Assembly (NCBI GenBank): GCA_000995065.1
Contig: LBWX01000001.1
Location: forward strand, 95,563 to 159,562
From: a candidate division CPR2 bacterium GW2011_GWC2_39_35
GTDB lineage: Bacteria; Patescibacteriota; CPR2
Direction of reading: 5' to 3'
DNA length: 64,000 nt
The notes below the pieces were generated by a model that searched no databases, was not told the origin of the DNA, and worked only from the letters and a program-made list of their open reading frames with translations. How positions within the stretch are numbered: the first letter of the stretch is position 1; each line of letters begins with the position of its first letter. Below, one piece after another: positions 46,559 through 56,514 of the stretch. The translations under genes and the position numbers were made by a program.

Positions 46559-48178
46559 ATGAAAAAAGAGACAAAATTTATTTTTGTTACTGGTGGTGTA
46601 TTGTCCGGACTAGGCAAGGGAATTGCCGCCGCTTCTATTGGGGCGATCCTTAGAGCTAGGGGATTTAAAGTCAATTTACAGAAATTAGATCCATATTTAA
46701 ATTTTGATGCCGGCACCTTAAACCCCGGGGAACACGGGGAAGTTTTTGTCACCGATGACGGCGCCGAAACAGATTTGGATCTAGGCCACTACGAAAGATT
46801 TACTGACACCGCTCTCTCTAGAAAGTCAAGCGTTATGAGCGGCCAGATTTATAATAATGTTCTTAATGCCGAGAGAGAGGGTAAATACCTCGGTAAAACA
46901 GTCCAGGTAATTCCTCATGTCATTCAAGAAGCTCAGAGAATGATTTTAGAAGCTTCTGAAGGCTTCGATGTTCAAATATGCGAACTTGGCGGCACCATCG
47001 GCGACTATGAAGGCGTCCATTTTATAGAAGCCATTAGACAGCTTAAAAGAATTGTGGGCAAGGAAAATGTTTTTTATGCCCATCTTGTCTACCTGCCTTT
47101 TCTTGAAACTTCGGGGGAACTAAAGACTAAGCCCGCTCAAAATAGCGTGAGAGACTTAAAATCTACCGGAATTTCACCCGACATGTTGATGATTAGAGCC
47201 GATCATCCGATAGAAAAATCTTTATGCGATAAATTATCCGTCTTTACCGATGTTCCCGTAGAAGCCATTATCCCGATGCCAACCATCGATACAGTTTATC
47301 GAATTCCTATTAATATTGAGGAAGCTGGAGTCGGTAGGTATATTTGCAACAAGCTTGGACTTCCTAATAAAAAGGCAAATCTAAAAGATTGGGAAAAACT
47401 GGTTGGCGAAATAAACTCGGTAAAAGAAGAAATTACGATTGGCATGGTCGCCAAATATATGGCAAACTGGGATACCTATGCCTCTGTTACTGAATCCATA
47501 AAATCCGCTTGCTGGAGAAATGGTTTTAGACCCTATATTAAGTGGATTGATGCCGAGCTTGTCGAAAAGCAAGGCGAATCTTTGCTTAAAGATCTAGATG
47601 GAATAGTAATACCTGGTGGTTTCGGCAATAGGGGCACTGAGGGCAAGATTGCTGCCGCTAAATATGCAAGAGAAAATAAAATACCTTATTTGGGGCTTTG
47701 TTTGGGAGTTCAGATCATGACTATTGAATTTGCAAGAAATGTACTGGGACTTAAAGGCGCAAATTCGACCGAGTTTGACGAAAATACCCCTGATCCCGTA
47801 ATTCACATTATGGAAGATCAGAAGTTCATCACCAAAAAAGGCGGAACTATGAGGCTTGGTAGCTGGCCCTGTGTTATAAATAGAAAATCAAAAGCTTTCG
47901 GCATGTATGGAAAAGACAAAATCGACGAGAGACACAGGCACAGGTTTGAATTTAATAACGATTATCGGGAGGAACTAGAAAAACATGGCCTCCTAATTGC
48001 AGGGACATCACCCGATAAAGAACTAGTGGAGATTGCCGAAGTAGAGGATCATCCTTTTATGGTTGGTGTCCAGTTTCATCCGGAATTTAAATCAAGACCG
48101 CTTAGGCCCCATCCATTGTTTGATGGTTATATAAAAAGCATTGCAAAAGTTAAAGCGAGGGTAAAGGAGAAAGTATGA
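46559..48178 (+). CDS. pyrG: CTP synthase
   Basis: KFIFVTGGVLSGLGKGIAAASIGAIL synthetase N-terminus; C-terminal glutamine amidotransferase (GLCLGVQ, HPEF); ATG 46559 behind AGAGGTGG. Confidence 0.9.
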   Translation: MKKETKFIFVTGGVLSGLGKGIAAASIGAILRARGFKVNLQKLDPYLNFDAGTLNPGEHGEVFVTDDGAETDLDLGHYERFTDTALSRKSSVMSGQIYNNVLNAEREGKYLGKTVQVIPHVIQEAQRMILEASEGFDVQICELGGTIGDYEGVHFIEAIRQLKRIVGKENVFYAHLVYLPFLETSGELKTKPAQNSVRDLKSTGISPDMLMIRADHPIEKSLCDKLSVFTDVPVEAIIPMPTIDTVYRIPINIEEAGVGRYICNKLGLPNKKANLKDWEKLVGEINSVKEEITIGMVAKYMANWDTYASVTESIKSACWRNGFRPYIKWIDAELVEKQGESLLKDLDGIVIPGGFGNRGTEGKIAAAKYARENKIPYLGLCLGVQIMTIEFARNVLGLKGANSTEFDENTPDPVIHIMEDQKFITKKGGTMRLGSWPCVINRKSKAFGMYGKDKIDERHRHRFEFNNDYREELEKHGLLIAGTSPDKELVEIAEVEDHPFMVGVQFHPEFKSRPLRPHPLFDGYIKSIAKVKARVKEKV

Positions 48179-48615
48179 AGGTAATAGTTTTAAAATCAGT
48201 TGACAGCTTAAAGCCCGGCGACATTAAAGAAGTGGCCGATGGCTATGCCAGGAATTTTCTTATACAAAAAGGATTTGCCAAAGTAGCAACCGAAGAAAAC
48301 ATAAAAAAGCTTCAGGGCCAAATAGAAGAGGCCAAAAAAGAGGAAGAGAAAAAGGCAGATGCCCTTACAAAAAAAGCCGCTAAGATTAAGGGGATCGAAG
48401 TCGAGATACCTGTTAAAGCAGGCGACGAAGATAAAATCTTTGGATCGGTTACCTCTAAGGATATTGCCGAAGCTTTAGCAAAAAAAGATTTTGATGTCGA
48501 TAAGCACAATATTATTATGGAGCCTATTAAGAAACTTGGCGTCTACGACGTAGAAATTAAGTTTGGAAATGGTGTTACGGCCACCGTAAAAGTTAACGTA
48601 ACTAAGGAACAATAG
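48175..48615 (+). CDS. rplI: 50S ribosomal protein L9
   Basis: MKVIVLKSVDSLKPGDIKEVADGYARNFLIQKGFAK is the L9 N-domain consensus. Confidence 0.85.
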   Translation: MKVIVLKSVDSLKPGDIKEVADGYARNFLIQKGFAKVATEENIKKLQGQIEEAKKEEEKKADALTKKAAKIKGIEVEIPVKAGDEDKIFGSVTSKDIAEALAKKDFDVDKHNIIMEPIKKLGVYDVEIKFGNGVTATVKVNVTKEQ

Positions 48616-48617
48616 GC

Positions 48618-49220
48618 GTGAATAAAGACATTAGACCTAGTTGGGATAACTTTTTTATGTCCCTTGCTTATCTGGTTTCTGCCAGAAGTTCCTGTCTCGA
48701 TAGGCAAGTTGGCGCCGCAGTCGTTAAAGACAAACGAATTCTTTCTACAGGTTACAATGGTGCTCCCAGTGGAGTCGAGGAGTGCACCAGAAAGGGTTTT
48801 TGTATCAGGGAGCAAATGCGGGAGCAAAGAGATGAAAAAGGAGCAAAAGATTACCGCTATTGCTACACAACCCACGCCGAAGCTAACGCTCTTATAAATG
48901 CTGCGTATTCTGGTACTTCTTCCACTAAGGGAGCAACGCTCTATGTTACTCTTTTCCCGTGTTCCGATTGTCTAAAGCTTGTCATAAATGCCGGAATAAC
49001 CCATATTGTTTACGCCGAAGGCTTTAACGATAGATTTAAGAGTAATAATATCGTCGAACAGATGATTAATGAATCCGGAATCACAAGCGAAAAAATTGAT
49101 AAAACTGAAGCGAGGAATGTTTTTAAGCTTACCGAAGACATAATGAGCCGTAGAGATATAACAGGCAAAAAACCGCTTAAGGTCGAAACTGTAACAGTTA
49201 ATATTCCTAAGAATAATTAG
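48618..49220 (+). CDS. comEB: dCMP deaminase (ComEB/cytidine-deoxycytidylate deaminase family)
   Basis: CYTTHAEANALINAAYSG (H-A-E zinc ligand) and LFPCSDCLKLV (PCxxC) motifs; GTG start. Confidence 0.75.
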   Translation: MNKDIRPSWDNFFMSLAYLVSARSSCLDRQVGAAVVKDKRILSTGYNGAPSGVEECTRKGFCIREQMREQRDEKGAKDYRYCYTTHAEANALINAAYSGTSSTKGATLYVTLFPCSDCLKLVINAGITHIVYAEGFNDRFKSNNIVEQMINESGITSEKIDKTEARNVFKLTEDIMSRRDITGKKPLKVETVTVNIPKNN

Positions 49221-49240
49221 AACAAGAAAAGGAGCAATGA

Positions 49241-49780
49241 ATGGTTTTAGGCGTAGATAAACTACTGGAATTAGTAAAGACAAAAAAACTAGTTGAAAAT
49301 CTTTGCGACAGAGAACTGAATAATCCCGAAGGGACTGGTTTCGATTTGAGAGTCGGCGAGTTTTTTAAGATTTCGGGAGAAGGCTATTTAGGAGAAACGG
49401 AAAGAAAAACTTGCGACATCGAAAGCATCGCCAAATTCAAAGAGGGCAAAATCCAATCTGTTACTGTAAATCCTGGAGATTTTTATTTGATTAAAACAAT
49501 CGAAACCGTAAATATTCCCGAAAATCTTGTAGCTGTCTTTAAGCCTAGAACTACCATGCAAAGAATGGGAATATTTTTTAGATCTTCTCAAGGCGCTCCC
49601 GGCTACTCTGGCGAACTGACATTTGCGATCGCCAATGCTGGTCCTTGTAAAGTAAAGATTGAGCTAGGCGCCCGTGTTGCTCACGTAATGTTTCATGAGG
49701 TAAATGGAGCTACTAATCTGTACCGCGGTCAATGGCAAGGCGGCCGAGTAACCACCGAAGGAAAGGAGGTTCAAGTATGA
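49241..49780 (+). CDS. dcd: dCTP deaminase / dUTPase-superfamily protein
   Basis: NPEGTGFDLRVGEFF and GAPGYSGELTFAIANAGPCKVKIELGARVAHVMFHEV match the dCTP-deaminase fold motifs. Confidence 0.6.
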   Translation: MVLGVDKLLELVKTKKLVENLCDRELNNPEGTGFDLRVGEFFKISGEGYLGETERKTCDIESIAKFKEGKIQSVTVNPGDFYLIKTIETVNIPENLVAVFKPRTTMQRMGIFFRSSQGAPGYSGELTFAIANAGPCKVKIELGARVAHVMFHEVNGATNLYRGQWQGGRVTTEGKEVQV

Positions 49781-50763
49781 AAAAGCATCCGGAATATCAG
49801 TATCTAGATCTCCTACAAGATATTTTAGACAATGGCATTCCTCAGGAAGATAAAGGAACCGGAGATATCACTCATAGCGTTTTTGGAAGACAAATTAGAT
49901 TTGATTTAAGCGAAGGCTTTCCTCTTCTTACAACTAAAAAAGTTTACTTTAAAGGGCTTTTATACGAGCTTTATTGGTTTTTAACTGGACAGTCGAACAT
50001 AAAATACTTAGTGGATAATAACGTTCATATTTGGGATGATTATCCGTACCGAATTTACCGAGAAATGATGGAAAAAGGGGAAGTTCCGGAACTTACAAAA
50101 GAAGAGTTTGTGGATAAAATCGCAACAGACGACAAATTCGCCAAAAAGTACGGGGAGCTAAAAAATATTTATGGCGAAATGTGGCGCAGATGGCCAGCTA
50201 AGGACGGAAGAGGAGTAGATCAAGTTCAATGGGTAGTTGATACCTTAAGAAGAGATCCGGATGCTCATAACGCTTTAGTAAACTCCTGGAACCCGGAATA
50301 TCTGTACGAGATGGCTAAGAAAGAAGAAGCCTGCCGTTTTCCAATTTGCCACAATATGTACCAGTGTAATGTTAAAGATGGTAAATTATCCCTTCAACTT
50401 TATCAAAGATCAGCGGATATTTTTCTTGGCGTTCCTTTTAACATCGCTAGTTACGCGCTTCTTGCCCACATATTAGCCAAGGTTACCGGAAACGAGCCAG
50501 GCGAGTTTGTTCATACTTTTGGCGACGTTCATGTTTATGACACACACATTGACCAGATAAAAGAACAGTTAACTAGGAAACCGCGACCACTCCCAAAGAT
50601 ATCAATCGCTGATTCTTTTAAGGAAATCGACGAATTCAAGCCTAAATATGTAACTCTGGAAGGCTACGATCCTCATCCGCCAATAAAAGCCGAATTAGCA
50701 GTGTGCGGCGGTCTCGTCACTGATTCGTGGAAGAAGTTTGTCCAAAAAGATAAGAAGAGCTAA
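49779..50763 (+). CDS. thyA: thymidylate synthase (ThyA type)
   Basis: ATG 49779: MKKHPEYQYLDLLQDILDNGIPQEDKGTGDITHSVFGRQIRFDLSEGFPLLTTKKV; catalytic Cys region CHNMYQCNV; roughly 50-aa insertion; ATGA overlap with dcd. The track ORF start lies upstream in the overlap. Confidence 0.85.
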
Positions 50764-51248
50764 TGAGCAAACCAAGAATTAGTATTATCTGCGCCATTGC
50801 CGAAAATAGAGCCATTGGTAAAGACAATAAACTTCTTTGGCATATTCCAAATGACTTAAAAAGGTTTAGAGAGCTGACTTTAGGATGCCCTGTAATAATG
50901 GGCAAAAATACGTTCGAGTCAATCGGCAACGCCCTACCGGGAAGATTAAATATAATTCTTACCTCGAACAGGGATAATAAATACGAAGGATGTGTAACCT
51001 GCAATACCCTTAAGAAAGCGCTTACAGAGGCAAAGGGATTTAATCGAGAAGAGATTTTTGTAATTGGTGGCGGACAGATTTACGCTCAAACTATCGGGAT
51101 AGCAGACAGGCTTTATCTAACTATAGTAGAAGGCGAATACGAAGCAGATACTTTCTTCCCGGATTATTCCAAATTTACAAAGAAGGTTTCAGATCAAAAA
51201 GAAGAAAATGAGGGTTATAAATATCGGTATTTAACTTTAGAAAGATAG
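50763..51248 (+). CDS. folA: dihydrofolate reductase
   Basis: ISIICAIAENRAIGKDNKLLWHIPNDLKRFRELTLGCPVIMGKNTFESIG is the DHFR consensus; directly follows thyA. Confidence 0.8.
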   Translation: MSKPRISIICAIAENRAIGKDNKLLWHIPNDLKRFRELTLGCPVIMGKNTFESIGNALPGRLNIILTSNRDNKYEGCVTCNTLKKALTEAKGFNREEIFVIGGGQIYAQTIGIADRLYLTIVEGEYEADTFFPDYSKFTKKVSDQKEENEGYKYRYLTLER

Positions 51249-51408
51249 TTATTATTTTAAATAAAAAGGGCTAAGTTATTGTGAATTAAATTTTGTCAAA
51301 ATAACTTAAAGCCCTAGCGGTTCTTTGATCTGGCGTTACTGCCAGCGAGGTCATCACCGCTCGAAACCCCGTCCTACATAAGTAGGGTAAAAAAATCCCG
51401 AAAGCTGC

Positions 51409-51831
51409 TTACGCGGTTACTTCATCGTGCTCCGTCAGCAGATTATCAAACCAATGCCTCAAAAGCAACGCAGAGTCTTCTTCGCCGTATTTTACGTAAG
51501 CGACGCAGTTATCCTTTAGATACTCGATCTCCTCCGCCGTTCCTTTATGATTGTAACAGTGGCAGTTCTTCCAATCAGCTTGCCAATCTTGGCCGTTACA
51601 TTTAGCCCCACGGGCTTCACCAAAATCGAAGGCTCAGCCATTACTACCCAGATGCGTCATCATATAGACATTAGACTGATCGATGAGCGCAAACCCGTAA
51701 AATGGACACTTTAGGTCCTCCATTGCTGGAGGAATACCTAGCTCCCTAGCTATCCTCTTTTCTCTTTCTTTTCTCGCCTCCCTTCTGTTGAAACAATTAG
51801 CGAGCTTCCTTACACTTTTCGGAATTCCCAT
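51409..51831 (-). pseudogene. 140-codon Cys/His-rich (zinc-finger/HNH-like?) gene interrupted by one in-frame TGA, in a locally GC-rich segment
   Basis: Minus strand: MGIPKSVRKLANCFNRREARKEREKRIARELGIPPAMEDLKCPFYGFALIDQSNVYMMTHLGSNG - TGA (51634-51636) - AFDFGEARGAKCNGQDWQADWKNCHCYNHKGTAEEIEYLKDNCVAYVKYGEEDSALLLRHWFDNLLTEHDEVTA, then TAA. The track lists only the first 65 aa. GGGG SD upstream. Region 51300-51830 is roughly 50% GC versus about 36% around it. Confidence 0.4.
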
Positions 51832-51965
51832 ATGCAGACCCCTTTCAAAAGTAGAAGATTAAAGCCTTGAACTATTAAATCGTGCGATCCATTTTTGCAA
51901 GAAATGTAATTATACCAAAAATACCCAAAAAATCAATGCAAGGCACAAGCGTAATCGACAGATAA

Positions 51966-51993
51966 CACAAAAAACCCCGTAGTAAGGGGCTTT
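51966..51993 (-). terminator. rho-independent terminator downstream of rpmA
   Basis: Minus-strand AAAAGCCCCTTACTACGGGGTTTTTTGTG. Confidence 0.5.
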
Positions 51994-52013
51994 TATAATG
52001 CAGAATGGTGGTT

Positions 52014-52295
52014 TTACTTTACTGGATTTATGTTTACAAAAGTGGTTTTGTCGGATTTTCCGGTAAATTTCCTTACATTCTTTTGCTCAAAATACACATT
52101 TCCATCAATAGTAGCAAACAGGGTATTGTCAACACCCGCACCAACGCCGCTACCCGGCCTATATTTGGTGCCTCTTTGTCTAATTAAAATGTTGCCGGCT
52201 TTGGCAAATTGTCCGCCGAATAATTTTACACCCAATCTTTTTGATTGCGAATCCCTACCTAACTTAGTAGAGCCGCCCGCTTTTGTGTGTGCCAT
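52014..52295 (-). CDS. rpmA: 50S ribosomal protein L27
   Basis: [48 protein letters not shown] is the L27 consensus; short C-terminal extension. Confidence 0.85.
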   Translation of the reverse strand: MAHTKAGGSTKLGRDSQSKRLGVKLFGGQFAKAGNILIRQRGTKYRPGSGVGAGVDNTLFATIDGNVYFEQKNVRKFTGKSDKTTFVNINPVK

Positions 52296-52381
52296 GAATA
52301 AACTCCTTAAAAATGAAAATTTGACTTTATGATATTACATCAAAAGTTGTTTCTTGTCAATAAAATGCTAATCTTTCCTTC

Positions 52382-52738
52382 CTAATCTGCTTGCAAAACC
52401 TTGCTGTCTATTAGGTCGATTCGGAAATTTTTACCATGATCTTTAAAACCGTATCTTTCGTACATGGCATGAACGTCCGGCTTAGAATATCTGCTGGTTG
52501 CGACAATTTTATAACACCCATGCTTTTTAGCCTCATCAAAAATGCCATAAACTAGTTTCTTGCCCAATCCCTGGCTTCGGTATTCCGGGTGAACGTAAAC
52601 ATTCTCTAGATATCCATAAGACTCTTTATGACGATCGTTAGCTATAAGAAACAAATATGCCCAACCAGCTTCTTTCTCGCCATCCATCACAGACAGTTTA
52701 ACCGCCTTACTTTCAACTACATTGCTCTTTATCTCCAT
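52382..52738 (-). CDS. GNAT family N-acetyltransferase
   Basis: VYVHPEYRSQGLGKKLVYGIFDEAKKHG acetyl-CoA binding motif (Q/RxxGxG/A). Confidence 0.7.
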   Translation of the reverse strand: MEIKSNVVESKAVKLSVMDGEKEAGWAYLFLIANDRHKESYGYLENVYVHPEYRSQGLGKKLVYGIFDEAKKHGCYKIVATSRYSKPDVHAMYERYGFKDHGKNFRIDLIDSKVLQAD

Positions 52739-53025
52739 TCTTGCTCCTTTTGTAAATTAATTCATGATGCGACTATTATATCAGTTCCTTAAAGACAAAA
52801 TAATAGCTTTGTTTCATAAACAAATTGTTTATTTTTACATAACCCTTACCTCGAATATTCGAATAAATAAATAATATTCTCTTCAATTTGCCATTTTTTT
52901 GGTCATTTTTCCAAATTAAAACGTCTATGCTTGACAGAAATTTGTGAAACTTGTACGGTTATTGAAACCGTCATTACACGCAACTTGAACAATATATACC
53001 GCCCAAATGAAAGAAGGGATCACAA

Positions 53026-53535
53026 ATGAAACAGTATATAGACATGCTGAATTCAGTATTATTGGACGATGAGGAAGTGAGGGAAAAGGTTAGCCATATA
53101 GCGCGAACGAGAGAAGGGGTGCACCTGATAGAACACCGTGATTCGAAAATTGCCTCAACTGTAGGATTTTTTGGTCAATTCTTATTCAAAGTCAACTGGG
53201 GATATGTAAATCGCAGCCAAAGTGTCGAATTAATAATACCCGAGATAAGGTTGCATCGATACGAAAGCACGTGGTATAAGATCCAGCACTATATTGAACC
53301 GGATATAAAACGATTTGTCCTCGGGGACCACTTGCTAGGTGTTCTTGCAATAATGAATCGCCTCATCGAACCTGCAAGTATCGTTATAAACTGCGAGGAT
53401 GCAAAGGAAAAGGTTATAATGGCGATTTATTCTAATGCGATCGATACAGAACCATCCAACATATCATTTGACAAATCAGCCCCGGCCGTTTCAAAATCAT
53501 CAACCAATCTGCTATCTTCTTCTAAAGCAGCGTAA
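53026..53535 (+). CDS. hypothetical protein
   Basis: 169-aa ORF with no recognisable motif; downstream terminator. Confidence 0.3.
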   Translation: MKQYIDMLNSVLLDDEEVREKVSHIARTREGVHLIEHRDSKIASTVGFFGQFLFKVNWGYVNRSQSVELIIPEIRLHRYESTWYKIQHYIEPDIKRFVLGDHLLGVLAIMNRLIEPASIVINCEDAKEKVIMAIYSNAIDTEPSNISFDKSAPAVSKSSTNLLSSSKAA

Positions 53536-53564
53536 TCATTGGGCTGACAGGCAAAACATACGGG

Positions 53565-53606
53565 CGAGCGCCGAATCATAAGATTCTGGCGCTCGATCTT
53601 TTTTTA
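53565..53606. terminator. bidirectional rho-independent terminator
   Basis: CGAGCGCC-GAATCATAAGATTCT-GGCGCTCG then ATCTTTTTTT. Confidence 0.5.
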
Positions 53607-53619
53607 TACTTTATGATTA

Positions 53620-53934
53620 TCACTCAACCACTATGGCGGTACCCGAAGCACTTACCATCAGCATACTCTGGCCGATTGTTTCGTAGTCTAAATCGATTCC
53701 CACAATAGCGTTAGCACCCAAGCCTTCTGCCTCTGCCGCCATCTCACTCAAGGCAATTTCTTTAGCTTTTTTTAGCTCATTTTCGTAAGCAGCAGACCGA
53801 CCGCCAACGACGTCTCGGATTGAGGCAAACATATCTCTAAAGATATTGGCGCCTAGAATCGCCTCACCACTTACAATCCCTAAGTGTTTTGTAATCTTTT
53901 TCCCTTCGATTGACGGGGTAGTTGATGTTATCAT
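53620..53934 (-). CDS. YbjQ/UPF0145 family protein (putative heavy-metal-binding domain)
   Basis: [51 protein letters not shown]...[11 protein letters not shown] is the family consensus; ATG 53934 behind GGAGAT is preferred over the longer track ORF. Confidence 0.7.
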   Translation of the reverse strand: MITSTTPSIEGKKITKHLGIVSGEAILGANIFRDMFASIRDVVGGRSAAYENELKKAKEIALSEMAAEAEGLGANAIVGIDLDYETIGQSMLMVSASGTAIVVE

Positions 53935-54111
53935 TTTTATCTCCTTTTTTAAACGATTTGCTCTTATATTTTTCCATTTTTTGCCTTTACCTTTTACATA
54001 ATCTAGCAAAAAATAGCTTATTTTACTATCGATTTTATTAGATCTCGTTTATTTCGCGATCGCGCGAAAAAAGGGAGATAATTTCCTCTTTCTTTTACAA
54101 TCTCTTTTTAA

Positions 54112-54645
54112 TTAAACTGAGAGGTATTCTTTAAGTTTATTTAGCGCTATGCGGCGCATGCTAATAGAGTTTTTTTCTTCTTCACTCATTTCGGAAAAGG
54201 TTTTGTTATAACCATCCGGTATAAAAATCGGGTCCCAGCCAAAGCTGCTATCTCCCCGAGGTTCTACAATTCTTCCCTTAACGGCTCCTTCAAAGAAGCT
54301 TACCGCACCGCTTTTTTCCACATAACCAATAATCGTCTTGGCTTCAGCGTTGTTGTTTCCTAGACTCAAAGCAATCTTTGCCAGACCATCATTCCCCGTA
54401 GTCTTTAAAAACCACTTAATTAAAGGCCCCGGAAGGCCATTTAGGGCATCTAAGTACAAAGAGGTATCTTCTACAATAAAATCGCCCTCACGATGCTTTA
54501 AAGCCTCTTTTAGCTTACTATTAATTATAACTTTAGCATCAATTTCCTGAATCTCGGATAAATCGACATCTAATTGCTCTACGCCGCCCAGGATAGATTT
54601 TACTTCTCTAAATTTGTTTTCATTTCCGGTTATAAAATAAAGCAT
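54112..54645 (-). CDS. rdgB: non-canonical purine NTP pyrophosphatase (RdgB/Ham1)
   Basis: [19 protein letters not shown]...[24 protein letters not shown] Ham1 motifs. Confidence 0.8.
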   Translation of the reverse strand: MLYFITGNENKFREVKSILGGVEQLDVDLSEIQEIDAKVIINSKLKEALKHREGDFIVEDTSLYLDALNGLPGPLIKWFLKTTGNDGLAKIALSLGNNNAEAKTIIGYVEKSGAVSFFEGAVKGRIVEPRGDSSFGWDPIFIPDGYNKTFSEMSEEEKNSISMRRIALNKLKEYLSV

Positions 54646-55224
54646 TTACCCCCCAGGCTTAGTTTTCTTAACTCTTTTTAAGTATTCCTCGCGGCCCATT
54701 ATTTGCTTGGTATCAGCGATTTTATCCACAAATAAAATTCCGTCTAAATGATCAATTTCATGCTGGATTACTTTAGAGAGCAAACCCTCGGCCTTAAGCT
54801 CAAACGGTTTACCATTTTTGTCCAAAGCTTTGACTTTAATTTTCTCGGGTCTTTTTACGGGAGCAAATAGATTAGCCTCCGCCACGCTACCGCAACCTTC
54901 GTAATCAACTATCTCCTTCTTAGAACTCCAAATTATCTTAGGATTTATAAAGATTCTCAACTCATCTGTTTCCTCAACCTCTCTTATTTCAGTTTTTCTA
55001 ATTTCCGTTACAATAATCCTTAAACTGAAACCAATTTGGGGTGCAGCAAGCCCAACCAGATTTTGGGCTTTCAGAGTATTAACCATATTATCCACAAGTT
55101 TTGTCATTTTGACATCTATTTTGGAAGCTTCTTTAGATTTAATGCGAAGTAAAGGGTGGCCGGCTTGAAGGATGTTTTTCACAATCATGGCTATAATTTT
55201 AGCCTCAAAAGAACAATTTAGCAA
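54646..55224 (-). CDS. def: peptide deformylase
   Basis: GLAAPQIG, EGCGS, HEIDHLDG motifs; the probable true start is the internal MIVKNIL near 55188. Confidence 0.85.
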   Translation of the reverse strand: MLNCSFEAKIIAMIVKNILQAGHPLLRIKSKEASKIDVKMTKLVDNMVNTLKAQNLVGLAAPQIGFSLRIIVTEIRKTEIREVEETDELRIFINPKIIWSSKKEIVDYEGCGSVAEANLFAPVKRPEKIKVKALDKNGKPFELKAEGLLSKVIQHEIDHLDGILFVDKIADTKQIMGREEYLKRVKKTKPGG

Positions 55225-55236
55225 GAATTAATGCTG

Positions 55237-55815
55237 CTACCTAATAACATCCGGTATCTCTTTTAACCCCTGCCACCAGTCATTAGAATTAGCATTTGCG
55301 AGGTCATCGACTAACTTTAAAGCTGACTCGGTTATAAGCCTTTTTCTCACGTTTTTGATCCAATCCTCAGCATTTTTATAGCCTTTTTCCATATATTCTT
55401 TAGCTGCAAAAGCGGTTTCTAAGAGATCTGCGTCTTTAGCAATCTTTCCAGCTGCGGTGTCTTTATTTTCTACGTGTTCCCACATTTCCCTTATCTCTTT
55501 GCCAATTTCCCCAAGCCCTATGGTTTGTTCTTTTACGACTTCTAGTTTATTGACACGAATGTAGCGATTTGCTACTTTGTGGTAATCGCCAACCCGGCAT
55601 TCTTCCATATCATGAAAAACCACCATCGTAGAGACCTCATGGGGGTCTTTATAATTTTCCATCTTAGCTAAAATAAAACCAATCTGGGCCGCTCTTGTTG
55701 TATGGTCTGCCACGCTGTGAGGATTTTCGTTTCCAATCAGATTCCAGCCCACATGCTTTAACATTCTTAGTTGGCTCATCTCAAATACGAAATTAGAAAT
55801 GTTTTTATCATTCAT
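55237..55815 (-). CDS. HD-domain phosphohydrolase (YfbR-like 5'-deoxynucleotidase family)
   Basis: NPHSVADHTTRAAQIGFILA...VVFHDMEECRVGDY carries the H...HD...D metal ligands. Confidence 0.65.
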   Translation of the reverse strand: MNDKNISNFVFEMSQLRMLKHVGWNLIGNENPHSVADHTTRAAQIGFILAKMENYKDPHEVSTMVVFHDMEECRVGDYHKVANRYIRVNKLEVVKEQTIGLGEIGKEIREMWEHVENKDTAAGKIAKDADLLETAFAAKEYMEKGYKNAEDWIKNVRKRLITESALKLVDDLANANSNDWWQGLKEIPDVIR

Positions 55816-55865
55816 GAAATGATTATATCATTCTTTAAGAGACTTGTTGAAAAAAACCAATATTT

Positions 55866-56420
55866 TTGCTAAAATTATGCTTCATGAATAAATTGCCTTA
55901 CGAAGAACAAGTAAAAAAGAAGTTGCCGGCTGAGGAATATAAAAAGATCCCCAGAAACCCTTTGTATGTAATTTTAGATAATATAAGAAGCGTTCATAAT
56001 GTAGGAGCCATGTTCCGAACTTCCGATGCAGTTCTTGTAAAGAAAGTATACTTAACCGGTTTTACAGCTACTCCTCCAAGAGATGATTTGGCAAAAACAG
56101 CTCTCGTTACTTTAAATGCCGTTCCCTGGGAATATCATAAGGACCCAATAGAAGTTGTAAAGAAGCTTAAAAAAGAGGGTGTTCAGATCGTTTCCTTAGA
56201 AATAACCGACGATAGCATTGACTATGTCGAGGCAGAATATAAATTTCCCCTGTGTCTTATTGTTGGAAATGAACTAACCGGGATAAGAGACGAACTTTTA
56301 GAGCTTTCTGATATTGCAGTCGAAATACCAATGTTCGGTAAAGCAAACTCGCTTAATGTTGCTACCTCCTTCGGGATTTCTCTTTATGAAATATTTAATA
56401 GCTACCACAAACAAAGCTAA
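55866..56420 (+). CDS. SPOUT-class RNA 2'-O-methyltransferase (TrmH/SpoU family)
   Basis: SVHNVGAMFRTSDA, LIVGNELTGI, NSLNVATSFGISLYE SpoU motifs. Confidence 0.7.
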   Translation: MLKLCFMNKLPYEEQVKKKLPAEEYKKIPRNPLYVILDNIRSVHNVGAMFRTSDAVLVKKVYLTGFTATPPRDDLAKTALVTLNAVPWEYHKDPIEVVKKLKKEGVQIVSLEITDDSIDYVEAEYKFPLCLIVGNELTGIRDELLELSDIAVEIPMFGKANSLNVATSFGISLYEIFNSYHKQS

Positions 56421-56514
56421 TGCTAGAATAATGACCAATAATTAACTGGCCATACCCTAAAATTTCGGTATTTTATTGAAACATGTATTGTAAAATCTCT
56501 TAATTAAGATCAAA

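Noticed and set aside
51290-51420. Possible tRNA/tmRNA in the GC-rich stretch downstream of folA
   Set aside because: No acceptor/T-arm cloverleaf could be built on either strand; the hairpins are better explained as a bidirectional terminator plus 3'UTR structure of the minus-strand gene.
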